The notes under the pieces were generated by a model that was not told the origin of the DNA, ran no database searches, and saw only the letters and a list, made by a program, of their open reading frames with translations. A DNA stretch of 64,000 nucleotides, the filler included, from Asterionella formosa (taxonomy: Eukaryota), in NCBI GenBank assembly GCA_002256025.1. It is 13 parts of 13 records of this genome, joined end to end, with 100 filler letters (N's around TTAATTAATTAA, not from the genome) between each part and the next. Parts side by side here need not be neighbours in the genome. Positions count along the whole stretch, not along the records: positions 44,652 to 49,500 come from NKIB01013328.1; positions 49,601 to 54,446 come from NKIB01013329.1; positions 54,547 to 59,383 come from NKIB01013330.1; positions 59,484 to 64,000 come from NKIB01013481.1; 9 more parts are not named here. The stretch is one strand, 5' to 3'. The stretch's first letter is position 1. Each line of letters begins with the position of its first letter. The translations under genes and the position numbers were made by a program. Of this stretch, positions 48,648 to 60,608 are shown piece by piece.

Positions 48648-49734
48648 AAATCGCTCAGTCAAATTCAGAAATGGCAGTGTGTACATTTGGGGGTTCAGGA
48701 AGGTCTGGTTGTGCACGTTTTATGCGCACTTCGTCAGTTTCGACTCACTTCCAATGATTCGTCCCATGCCTCCCAGAAGGGTTAGGCTGACTTTCTGTTC
48801 CAAACTTTCTTAAGTAACTTTCTTCTATGCGGTTAAATTATGATTCATTTAATCCAAGTCGTCTTCTGATCATCGAAATCGTGTTCAACTACTTCTACAT
48901 GTGATGGTATCCAGGAACTGGAAGACGGTTTGGTAATCGAGATATTTAGCTTTATCTTTTCTTAAGTTAAAAACGTGTTTTATTTGACCTTCCAAGACAA
49001 CGAAATTTTTGTATTGAGCCGTAGATTGTAGGTGTCAAAATGGCCCCAGAATTTTGAAAAATCTATGCAAAAGTTTCCAGACAGAAGGAGTACCAATACC
49101 GTAAAACCCTGTGTCTTCTATACCCCCATAGTCCTGTACCCACGATACTGGTATCAATACCGGAAGGCTTGTTTGCTTTCAGGTGGGTGTTGGCAACCAA
49201 GTACAGACCTAGTAATGGAATGTTGAAAAGGTCCGTACTCCTTCCCGCAGGCTGGGTATCTTCACATAGGCTCTTAAGTGCTACTAGTGGTACTACCTAG
49301 TACCTCTTAATTTCTCTCTGCTTTGCTTCAACTAGCCTTCCTGATAGATAAACTAATTGACCTTCCTGTCAAATTAACACACTTTTTCCTCAATTGATAA
49401 TCTAAACTTAAATTAAATTATCAGCCAAACTAAATGTTTCCTTTCCATGCATCTTTGCTTCCAACATATTCGTTTTCAGACTCTCATCGAATTTCCACTT
49501 NNNNNNNNNNNNNNNNNNNNNNNNNNNNNNNNNNNNNNNNNNNNTTAATTAATTAANNNNNNNNNNNNNNNNNNNNNNNNNNNNNNNNNNNNNNNNNNNN
49601 ATTGAGATTCAGCATAGAAGGAGATACGAAAATGTGCGTAACAGACTACTGTCCACATAGCTATAGTTATAGAATGATTCTGATTAGAACGCATTTCATT
49701 TTCATATCGCTCGCTCGTTTCTGCATTCAGCATA

Positions 49735-50195
49735 CTGTACTTGAATTAACTATTGAACTTGTCCGCATCTTTGATACCATCAAGAGAGCGAAAGCAAGTG
49801 GCTCTTTTCACTGTTGTTTGCTCGTAGGAAGAATTTGATATCTGTATCGTCATTTGCTTGTTGGAATTGTCCGTTGCCTCAAACTTGCTTGCCGTGTGCG
49901 TGCACACAGCACTGTCGACTGGTTTTCAATGGTATGTTGTTCTTGTATTCACTGTTGAACTTGTCCGCATCTTTGTTACCATCAATAAAGCGATGCAAAC
50001 GAAGTGGGTCTCTTTATTGTTGTTTGCTCCTGGAAAAGTCGGTGTCCGTGTCATCCTCATCAATAGAGGGACAAGTGTCCTTCATCATTGCGGTTTGCCG
50101 CTGGAAAAATTGGTACCCGTGGTATCGTCATTCGCTCGTTGGAACCAGCACTGTCCGTTGCCTCAAACCTGATTAGCGTGTGTGTATGTGCACTG
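49735..50195. repeat. Diverged tandem duplication (~200-300-bp units)
   Basis: TTGAACTTGTCCGCATCTTTG.TACCATCAA and GTATCGTCATT.GCT.GTTGGAA..TGTCCGTTGCCTCAAAC each occur twice. Confidence 0.75.
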
Positions 50196-53100
50196 TTGAC
50201 TTGTGTACATTACAGGAGTGACTTAGCTACTAAAGTGCGTATTATAATATCATACTCCGTAGTACAATGCAGAATACAGTTCCCAATCATCTCATCATGA
50301 TTGATGAGATGATAAAGTGATATCACGATAGGGTTACATCGATGCATACATCACCAAAGTATGAAACTTAAGAAAAATAAAGTATATCACATAGCTATGA
50401 TACATTGTTTATAGAACTGTGATGATTTCTTAAAATGTTTATGATACAATTTTGATCAAAATATGATCATGTTAAAATAATGCAATGATAATAAAATACG
50501 ATAAAATATGTACGCAAATTTTATCAATACAAAATAGAAAATAAATCAATCAATCATAAAGTATGCTACTTAATATATAAATTCGACTTAAAATGTATAC
50601 AGTAAAAGCCAACAGTTAATATAAGAGTATTATATGGTGGATAGGATCTAAGTATACGGATGCATTGATATGTACATCACTATAATATGATTTGTGATAT
50701 CACATACCGGTATCCTCAACAACCAGCCAGCACGTTCATTGTCGTGTCGTTTTTCTTTGTTATAGCTATATATACGTGCATATGTATTGTGGAAACACTA
50801 TGCTGGCGGAACATGCATATTAAACTGTGCTATGTTCAAGAATTACTACACTCGGTTACCATCACACCAGCTGCACCTCCACAAGCGCCGCAAAAAGCTC
50901 CGCGTTTCATTTCCACTGTTTTACATCATAGTCTTCTGGCCCTTTGACAACTTGCTTTCCAAATGGCATTTCAAGGATTTCATGCAAAGGATCAGTCAAA
51001 CAAGAAAAGTGACTTACTTCCATTGTTTACACAACTCGACTTCATGTTTTCGGAAAAGAAGATGAAGAAACTTATGAAATCAATCGAAGATTCCTTTGAA
51101 TACACTCAAATAACAGATGAATTTGAGCAGATTCATAATACTCCAGAAAGAATAATGAAGTATGCCGATACAATAGTGGCAGAGATTGAAAAGAAGGAAA
51201 GATTGCTTTCGAAGAGCCAAGGAAACCCAAACAGTTGTTCTTTGCGGATGAAGACTGTATTCCTACAGAGTCACGACAGTTCCATCCAGTGTCATATTTG
51301 CTCCTCATTCTCCTGAAATCGCTGATAATGAAGAAGAACTCAGTGATTCTCATTCATTTGATGAACAAATTCATGCGATGAATGAACATACCGGCGGAAA
51401 TGTGGGAGACATCCATCACTTCTGAAGTAGAAATGGTTGAAAAGTTGCAAAGCCAAGAAATATGCTCTCACTATTCGTCCAGAACATCAAGATGAACATC
51501 ATGAAAGCAGAGAAACTATTGCATTTCTAAAAGAAAAGCAATAAATTCAAGAAAAAGTACGAGCTAGATCAAGACCTCGAATTCAAGAAGATCAATGCAG
51601 ACAGAGATGTGATGTTGGCTAAGGCAGTCCAACGGACGTAGAAAATATTGATGCAAACAAATTTAAAAAAAAACAGAACCGGTACACTAAGTTGTGGAAA
51701 ACAATGAACATATAGTGCATTGAATATTTTCGAATTATCTAAATGCAAATATGATCATCTCAACAATACCAGACGTTCCATATTGAGAGTGCCTTTGATT
51801 TTTATATATGTACGACACTTGACATATTTATGTATTTACGAATTTTATAACTATATACATGGCATAAATATATATATTTGAAATCGTTCTGTCATGTTAA
51901 CAAATAATGCCTGCTTCATCAAAAGAAATATCGGAGTAAAGCACATGACGAGAAAGGAAAAGTTTACGCAATAACGAAAAATATTGTGGCTTCGACACAT
52001 TGCGCCTTCGAAAGATTGAGTATGTTTAAGGTAATGAAGCCATCAATGTGGGACTTGGATGACAATTGTTGGGAGGCAGGACAACAGCAAATTGTAAACT
52101 AAACGCACATTTCCATTTTTCTCAGTTGATTCAACAGCTCGTTTCGCTTGTTGGGGAGCACCAATGTAAAACAAAACAAAATTGTTGAGTGCTCTTGTCG
52201 TTGGACCTATTCACTTCTGATGGAACATAACTGACGGACACGCCATATTTACCTTCTCTCAAAGTTCAAAGTTAAGCTAACGAAAATGAATCGGTGAGTT
52301 TTATTCGACAACATTGGAAACCTGAAACTTACTTATTCAAGAATTTACTGACAATTTACTATTACAGACTTATGCATCACTTGCTTTGATTTGGCTGTGG
52401 CAAGTGAAGGAAGCAAGAGGATACGATGGAATGGCGTGATGTTGTTTCAGTGTAACATGTCTACCTAACAAGTCATTCATTCTCATGATTGCTTGTTACT
52501 GTAACTGCATAGGACAATAAAACCGATTGATCAACGGAATAGTCGGCGAGTTCAGAATGACACTAACATCAGGGAGAGAGACACAACATTAGTAAGGCAT
52601 TGCTTGGCACAAGATTCAGAAAAGAGGAAGAAAAGGGCGATACAGGAACAATATACATTGAGACGAGTGGAGAGGAGAGAAACTTTCCTTGGGTAGCTGT
52701 CGAAACAGAAATATCATTGTTAAATTTGTTAATTAAATTACGATCCATTCCAATCCTTTTCGAACAATACTTGTGATTAGAATTATGATCATGTTTAAGA
52801 TAGATTTACGATGAAACAATTCACATGATAGCATAGAGTTGAGCTTATTTTAGGATGCGTTGAAGTAATAATTTACATCCGGCGATCACGAGAATTGAAA
52901 ATAATATGAGAAGGTTTATGATATTGATGAGAAATGTTGTTGATCAGCTGATATACATTGTGTGATGATAATGTTCTTATTATCATTATACTTCAAGGTC
53001 GGTAAAATATTAATAAATCATCATAGTGATAGGATACCTTGATCATAGTTTTGATCCAAAAATTATCATGTATTCGAAAATCCTGTGCCACTTAGCGTAT

Positions 53101-53772
53101 GATACCCTTGATCCTATATGCATGATACTTTTAATTTGCAGACGATGTGTTTTGCTTCTTTCAGGATAATGGTAGACAAAAAGTTTTTGTAAGTTACAAA
53201 CAACAGCAGCATTGGAGCCCATTTATTGATCGATACTTTCTTATTCAATCTTCAACTGACACATTATTCTTTTACACAAATATGCATCAGTTACTTCCTC
53301 AATTTGTGTTAAGTGAAGATAGAAGCGAAATGCATGCTGTTGTGTAAGCAAAACATGAACAGCTAACAATGAATTGCTTCTTTTTGTTGCTTCTCATAGT
53401 TAGTATGGCTGATTGGAACAACGAAACGGATTAAATAGTAATGGGAAAATGCGTGAATGTAAACTCAGATCCGTCAGGAGAAAATGAAACCAAGCAGGGG
53501 AACAACAGCAAGGCAACCAGTACTACTACAACAACCTTCAGAATTGGATTGGGGGGAAGGTGGAATTGAAAGCAGCTGAAGCACCAATCATTGCGATGAG
53601 AGCATTGTAGAACATTCTGTAGCCACTCAAGCTATAGAAACATAGAACCATTCTTAAATATAGTTGCAAATTTCGAACCATTTCATCCTATTTTAGACAG
53701 TGAAATCGATGAGAATTACGATCATGCTAATATAGATGCATGACAAAAGAATACACATCCGATGTGTATTCT

Positions 53773-54446
53773 TTTATTGTCTATACCAGTTTCGAATGCG
53801 TTCAGCTATGATATCTTTTGCTCCCCCCTCCTAAACACTATCTCACTGCCCTTGTAATAGATTTTTCTTTATCCTTGCTTTGGCTTCACAGGCCCAGGTT
53901 ACTCAATGCCTTCATCTGCAAGGAGTTCAGCCAAGCAGGTCCACGTTGGCGTCAAGAAAACCTCAACCCCGATTTTCCTCCCATGCTCCACCCATTGACT
54001 TCTTCATTGATGAAGTCGAGGTAGCTATACTGACGACATCAGGTGGCGCAGGCTTGTGTATAGATTGATGATGCTGAATGCATTGCTTCCTTTTCCCGTA
54101 GGTACCTATTTGTCAACATTGTTTGGGTCGATCTATTCTTGTTCCCTCAAGACCAGCAGAAGCAATTATCCCTTTACTTCTCCTCCCAAGAACCTTCATT
54201 TCTCTTTCACAATTGTCCTGATGATGTTTGTAGAGCATTTTTAGTTCCCTTGTTTTGATTTTTCCACTGGTTTCGATCCCTTTTGCATTCAAGTCAAGAA
54301 ACAAGCAACTCATTGAGATTTCTGGAGGTCTCGGTCAGTGGCACCATAAAGCAACAATCAACAGATCATGGCGGCTGTTCTACATTTTCTGTAGCAAGTA
54401 ACATTCAAAAAGGGTCTGGAATCATTGGGGAGAAAAATTAGTAGGA
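53773..54446 (-). mobile_element. Repeat family A, copy 4, runs off contig
   Basis: Same orientation as, and highly similar to, 45658-46317. Confidence 0.85.
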
Positions 54447-55061
54447 NNNNNNNNNNNNNNNNNNNNNNNNNNNNNNNNNNNNNNNNNNNNTTAATTAATT
54501 AANNNNNNNNNNNNNNNNNNNNNNNNNNNNNNNNNNNNNNNNNNNNGGCATTACTTTGTTTGTTGCAAGTTTGTTTTCTTGCCATCATGGTGTGTCTAGG
54601 ATCTAGACTACATAGAAGTATTGCAGATTGAAACTGTACCAGGTCAATGCAGGCATATGGCGTGGTAAACGTCACATCATTTTAGAGATAACTGCCGCAT
54701 CTTTTCGCTGTCACAACATGACAATGGGTTTACTGATGAATAATGATTGAAAGAACCAACTCAGCCGCTTCAGCAATCTGCTTTGAGAAATCTTCAAAGA
54801 CAGGAAAATTGATAACAGGGATAAAGGGTCATCCTGTAATTGTATGATCCATAGCGGGTCAGTTTTTTTCGTAGTACGGGTCCATTCATGCATGACACAC
54901 ACACTCTCTCTCTCTTGACATTGACTTGTTCATATCGTCGGGATATCGTCCACGGAACCCCTCTATGTCCTGTACTTTTGTTTTTTCTTGATAACTATTG
55001 AAATACTGTGCTCCTTTATGGATCGGGCGCAATTCTATCCTGTCGACATAAACCAAACATA

Positions 55062-56681
55062 CTATTCAAGATAAACTGCCAAAGACAAGGACACGGCTGA
55101 TGTTGCCGCACAAGCTGTCAAGATACAAAAGGTCGGAATCCACGCCTTTGGCGAAGAATGTGCAATACCGGCCGCATATCCGTTAAAAAATGCCAAGAGA
55201 GCAAAGCCCCCAATATCAAAAACGTCGGCAATTGTTGCCGATGAATCCGTCCCTCCTCGATTCAACGAGTACATGGACGGTGGAATGTAAAATGGAATTG
55301 CAAAACAAAATCCCCAAAGGAACAACGAACAGGTCGATATCAATGTTGTCATGGTGTGAATCCCCGTCATGTGGGCCAACTGCGCCAGCGCACAAATAGT
55401 TGCTGTTCCCATTAAGGATGCAATTGCAACAACCTTCCTTCGTCGTGACAAGTTCGAATAAATTTGTGATCCCGTGGTGACGGAAAGTAAACATCCCAGT
55501 GCAAAGAGTGACCCGACCTTGGCAGCTTGGGAACTGGTGGCACCGTACGCCTGCGTCATTAACGTTGGAATAAATAATAGAAACGACCCAAATACCATGA
55601 GAGCCGATCGTGACAGTAAATGTAACCAAAAGGCTGGAATCTGTGTTTCTCGTCTAAGGGTGGCAAGGGATTTAGCAATGGATGGCTTCGTTTTCTTTTC
55701 ATTGATAACTCCCAAATTAGGCTGCATGGTACCGAAGTACGACAATAGCGCAATGGGGACTAACTGCAAGGCAGCACTGCATCCGAATACAATTCGCCAG
55801 GAACGTTCATACCGTCCAAGGCAAAAGTCTAGGATGGCACTAAAGAAGAAAAATGCGCATGCGTTTCCCATCCGCGCAGCAGCTGCCAGCATGGCAATTC
55901 GTTTCGCCCATTCGTCCGACGGAAATGATTGGTGGACTGCGTGAATGCAAGCAGCCCAACACGAAGAAAACATAAAATCAATAAGTATCCAACAAAATGC
56001 AAAGCTTGTGAAGGAAGAGGCAACTGATATTCTGCTTAGACACAGCAAAAGGCCACATAGACATGTTATCAAGGATGCGACACCCCCATATCGATCAATA
56101 ACTGGTCCTAACAGCAACTTGCCCGAGGCGATGGCAACCGTGGCCAAGGTCAATTGCCTGGCCATGAGCGACTGAGGCGTAGCCGCCCAACCGCTAAAAT
56201 CCAACCCCAGCTCGGATGTTAGCTGCGCCAATACACTAGGCAGAGCACATTTGGCACCCATGACGGCGAAGTAAGTCATAAACAAAGCAGCTGTCATCCC
56301 TCGACGTCGAAAGATTTCATTCTTGGAGGGTGTGTACTTCTCCATAGAAGTGCAATTGCTGTTATCGTCGTCATTGGAGTTAGTTGCCGTCACTGCGACA
56401 TTGTCAGCGCCGCTTCGAAGGAGCATCGCTTTTCGTGTGTGACCCCCGAAGTTTGAAGAGCGTGGTTGTCGTTTTCCATAAGTCGCTGTGTCGTTTTCAG
56501 GAGTCGTTCTTCCATGACACTGGCCGTGATGGGAAAGATGGAGCACGCCATTGGGTGCAAAGGCAATAGCGGCGTTGACCAAAGCACATGCAGTAACTAG
56601 CGCAATCAAGAGATTGACATGTGGACGCGATGCCGATGCGATTCGTCGTGGTTGATGACTCCGCAACATGCGTTCCGGCAT
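55062..56681 (-). CDS. MFS transporter with bipartite plastid-targeting presequence
   Basis: About 12 TM helices, MFS motif A-like GPVIDRYGG. N-terminal LLIALVTACALVNAAIA/FAP is an ASAFAP-type cleavage motif. Start at ATG 56681 or 56669. Confidence 0.85.
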   Translation of the reverse strand: MPERMLRSHQPRRIASASRPHVNLLIALVTACALVNAAIAFAPNGVLHLSHHGQCHGRTTPENDTATYGKRQPRSSNFGGHTRKAMLLRSGADNVAVTATNSNDDDNSNCTSMEKYTPSKNEIFRRRGMTAALFMTYFAVMGAKCALPSVLAQLTSELGLDFSGWAATPQSLMARQLTLATVAIASGKLLLGPVIDRYGGVASLITCLCGLLLCLSRISVASSFTSFAFCWILIDFMFSSCWAACIHAVHQSFPSDEWAKRIAMLAAAARMGNACAFFFFSAILDFCLGRYERSWRIVFGCSAALQLVPIALLSYFGTMQPNLGVINEKKTKPSIAKSLATLRRETQIPAFWLHLLSRSALMVFGSFLLFIPTLMTQAYGATSSQAAKVGSLFALGCLLSVTTGSQIYSNLSRRRKVVAIASLMGTATICALAQLAHMTGIHTMTTLISTCSLFLWGFCFAIPFYIPPSMYSLNRGGTDSSATIADVFDIGGFALLAFFNGYAAGIAHSSPKAWIPTFCILTACAATSAVSLSLAVYLE

Positions 56682-57736
56682 TTCTCTGCTTTTATTCACA
56701 AGGACAAGTGTGATCTGGAGACGACGAAAGGTTTCATCGACACATTAATCTCAAATGTTGGAAGCTGTCGTCAATAGCGTTGAACCAGGTACCCATCAAT
56801 TCTAAATGATGCTTATTGAGGAGTGATGAGCGTCGAATCGATCACCGATGACATAAATAGTCGATTGGGAGGCGATATCACACGACAGGCTAACATAAAA
56901 AGAGGATCATCACAGTCGAGAAGGATTTTGAAAAGTCAGGATGGCTGATGGATGATGTTACGGTAGATGATTGTGGCTACCGGTACCAGGTACCCTGGTA
57001 CTAGCTACGTGGTACCGGTACCAGGCAATAACAAGCAGGCAATCGAGCAATTGAATAGTATGGGTTTTATGTACCCTGGGACAATACCTTAAGTACTGCC
57101 AGTTATGTGGCTTGATAGCTACGGTATTCTACTCGCATTCGCGCTCACGTGTCAGCATCATTTTTAATATATCAATCACACGACAAGAAGAGCACGAGGA
57201 GACCAAAAAAAAAGAAAAATTGGCTACTAAAACAAGACCAAAGTAGTACTGCCTCATATGATATACCAGTAGTTTATTTTTAGTTACAACAAAAGTTCAT
57301 GGGCAAGCAACAAGGCAGATGCCAAATTTTTATGGATCTCCGATTGCCAACAAGTCGTAGAGTTAATCTTAATACAGCACCGAAGCAGATGGATATTGAT
57401 TGCTCACCATGGTACCAGGTATCTAACTTTGCATGTCACAAAACTTGGCGGATAGATAGCACTGTTGAACTCTATCGTTTGGCTGACAAGTGCTTTTAAA
57501 ATCATCTATTTAACATTGCCAATCGTGTATTAGGGGACAAAAATTTCCCCCCATTAACAATAGCCCCATTTTATAAGGTGGGAAACGTGCCGGCATTTCG
57601 CTTGTTTCCCATTAATACATACCTGTATGAAGCAGGAGATCACCGGTTATTTCACTGCCATCTATACATATTTATGGCAACCAGTTCTGGAGTTGTTCCA
57701 GTGACACTTGAACGTCATCACCAAATGTTTGCGTAG

Positions 57737-59176
57737 CTATTCAAAATAAACCGCCAATGATAAAGTCACGGCTGATGTTGCTGCACAAGCTGTCAAGATA
57801 CAAAAGGTAGGAATCCATGCCTCACGAGAACCATGGGCAATGCCGGCCACATATCCGTTAAAAAATGCCAAGAGGGCAAAGCCTCCAATATCAAAAACGT
57901 CGGCAATCGTTGCTGATGAATCTGTCCCACCTCGATTCAAAGAGTACATGGACGGTGGAATGTAAAACGGAATAGTATAGCAAAATCCCCAGATGAAAAA
58001 GGAACATGATGATATCCAAGCTGTCATGGCGTGTATCCTCATCATATGTGCCAGCTGAGCCAGAGCACAAATGGTTGCTGTCCCCATTAAGGATGCTACG
58101 GTAACAATCTTGCTTCGTCGTGACAATTTCGAATAGATACGTGAGCCCATGGTGACGGAGAGTAGACACCCGAGAGCGAAGAATGACCCAACGTTGGCAG
58201 CTTGTGAAGGAGTGGTTTCATAAGCATGAATCATCAGCGTTGGAATAAATAACAAAAACGAACCAAAGACCATAAGAGCCGACCGTGATAGTAAATGCAA
58301 CCAAAATTCAGGAGTTCTAGCTTCCCTTCGTAAGGTTGAAAGGGACTTTGAAATAGATGGCCTTCTTTTCATATGATGTGATACATCTAGATCTGGTAGC
58401 ATATTCCCGAAATACCACAAGAGAGCAATAGGAATTAACTGTAATGCCGCACTGCATCCAAAGACAACTTGCCAAGGGCGTTCGTAACGCCCCTGACAGT
58501 AGTTCAAGACAGCGCTGTAAACGACAAACGCCATTGCATTTCCTGCTCGTGTAGCAGCAGCCAAAATGGCGATGAGATCGGCCCATTCGTCTGGTGGAAA
58601 CGACTGATGGACGGCATGAAGACAGGCAGCCCAACAAGAAGAAAACATGAAATCAATAAATATCCAGCAGATAGCAAAGTTGGTGAAGGACGTAGTTGAA
58701 GATAGTCTGCTTGTGCATAGTAGAAGACCACATAAACAGAATCTCAAGGACATTACTCCTCCATATCGATCGATAACTGGTCCTAGTAGCAATTTTCCCA
58801 GCGCAACGGCAAATGCCGCCATGATCAATTGCCTAGCTAACAGCGTCTGCGGGGTAGCTGTCCAACCTCCAAAATCCAGTCCCTGTGCGGAGGTCAACTG
58901 AGAAAATACACTCGGGAGAGCACTCTTGATACCCATAACTGAAAAGTACGTCATAAACAAAGCTGCTGTCATTCCCCGACGTCGAAAAATTTCGTTCCTG
59001 GATGGTTTGTGTTTCCCACTAAACGTGCCATTCCTGCTGATGCCATCGACAGAATCAGTCATTACCAAAGCTTCGTTCGTTCTATTACCAAGCAGCATGA
59101 TTTTCTCCGAGAACTTCTCGGCAGTCATAGCAGAGGATTTCCTCCTCCATTGCCACTCTTGGTCAATCTCTGTCAT
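57737..59176 (-). CDS. MFS transporter, tandem paralogue of 55062-56681; probably has an upstream exon
   Basis: Highly similar core from PSRNEIFRRRGMTAALFMTYF to LSLAVYFE. Candidate 86-nt intron at 59180-59265 just upstream of the ATG. Confidence 0.85.
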   Translation of the reverse strand: MTEIDQEWQWRRKSSAMTAEKFSEKIMLLGNRTNEALVMTDSVDGISRNGTFSGKHKPSRNEIFRRRGMTAALFMTYFSVMGIKSALPSVFSQLTSAQGLDFGGWTATPQTLLARQLIMAAFAVALGKLLLGPVIDRYGGVMSLRFCLCGLLLCTSRLSSTTSFTNFAICWIFIDFMFSSCWAACLHAVHQSFPPDEWADLIAILAAATRAGNAMAFVVYSAVLNYCQGRYERPWQVVFGCSAALQLIPIALLWYFGNMLPDLDVSHHMKRRPSISKSLSTLRREARTPEFWLHLLSRSALMVFGSFLLFIPTLMIHAYETTPSQAANVGSFFALGCLLSVTMGSRIYSKLSRRSKIVTVASLMGTATICALAQLAHMMRIHAMTAWISSCSFFIWGFCYTIPFYIPPSMYSLNRGGTDSSATIADVFDIGGFALLAFFNGYVAGIAHGSREAWIPTFCILTACAATSAVTLSLAVYFE

Positions 59177-59502
59177 TTTCTGTATTGAGTAGAGTGAGCA
59201 GATTTTGACTCCTTCACTTCAATCGAAGGCAGAAATTATGGACAAGGGCTCTCAGTGGATATTACGCTTGAGAACCAATATTCGCTGCAGTAAGTGCTGA
59301 TGAAGGATCGAGGAAGGAAAGCAATGCATGCGAGCCATGTTACTCAACATCATCGAAATTTACTAGTAACGAGAAATTTTGCTNNNNNNNNNNNNNNNNN
59401 NNNNNNNNNNNNNNNNNNNNNNNNNNNTTAATTAATTAANNNNNNNNNNNNNNNNNNNNNNNNNNNNNNNNNNNNNNNNNNNNAATCCTACCATTCTAAA
59501 TT

Positions 59503-59577
59503 TAGAACTTGCTGACATTTACTAAATTGCTGACTATGACAACTAGAACTTGCTGACTATGACTACTAGAACTTGCA
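59503..59577. repeat. 23-bp minisatellite (TAGAACTTGCTGACTATGACWAC)
   Basis: Three to four degenerate units. Confidence 0.75.
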
Positions 59578-60608
59578 AATGAGAATAGATCTTCTTCTGA
59601 ATGACCCTTATGCCTACATGAAAGTGTTGATAGACGTTTTTGGACACATTAGCGGTTTACCACGACCTCAAAGTATACAGGCATATGTACACATACATGA
59701 AATAGATAAACCTTAATATCACATATTTATTTAGATCGCAAATAGATTTGTTTAGCAGCACAGTAGAAATCATACCAAGTGTATATAGTGCCGAAAATTG
59801 ATGGCAAATATGCATTTTGAAAAATTGTAATCCTTCTTCACTGTAGAACATAAATTAATTCTACAGTATGCAGATATTTTTATTTACCGATTTGAACCTC
59901 TATAATGGATAAATGCATCATTATAAACAATCATATCTTCCGTTGTTGAAGGAATCTGGTTGAGTCGTTTGTTCAATCATAATCCCCCACCTCTCATGAA
60001 CATCTGCAAGTTGCGGTAATTTTTCTGAACTAAGGATATAGCTGTCTTTATCCAATATTAAATTGTTTATTTAAGCAAAATGACCGCATCTGGTTGTTGT
60101 ACCTGCAAGTTGCGGTCATTTTCCTGAAACGGTCAAGGTGTTACCGGACAGCGACATATTTTATCATTTATAAAGATTATCTTCTATTCATAGCACGATT
60201 CAGCGAGAAATTCCTATGAATTTCAGGAAATGACTATGACTTTCAGGAAACTTAAGGAAATTTCAGGAAACTTCAAGAAACATACCGGTAGTAAGGAAAT
60301 GCATGGAATTTCCTTGAGGCTCCAAAATTATTATTTTTCTGGCCAAAGTGAAAAACGGGACATCCTTTGTTCTGGATTTAAAGTATCGTACAAGTTTCCC
60401 TATTGGTAAAAGTTAGGAATATTTGAAATACTAAAGGGTGGTGTTATTAACTATTACATATAAATACCGGTATACCCATATGTAGTCACAAGACTTTTTC
60501 CAGCAATAAGAAGAAAATCAAAAGGATTATAGTAAATCGCTGTACAGCAAATCAAGCAGAAAACCAAAAATAACAAACCTTACCATCCGCATTTTAGTTT
60601 TGCGTGAT

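Noticed and set aside
4872..59483. Regularly spaced TTAATTAATTAA motif about every 4.95 kb
   Set aside because: It is an artificial linker inside N runs; the periodicity only reflects length-sorted contigs.
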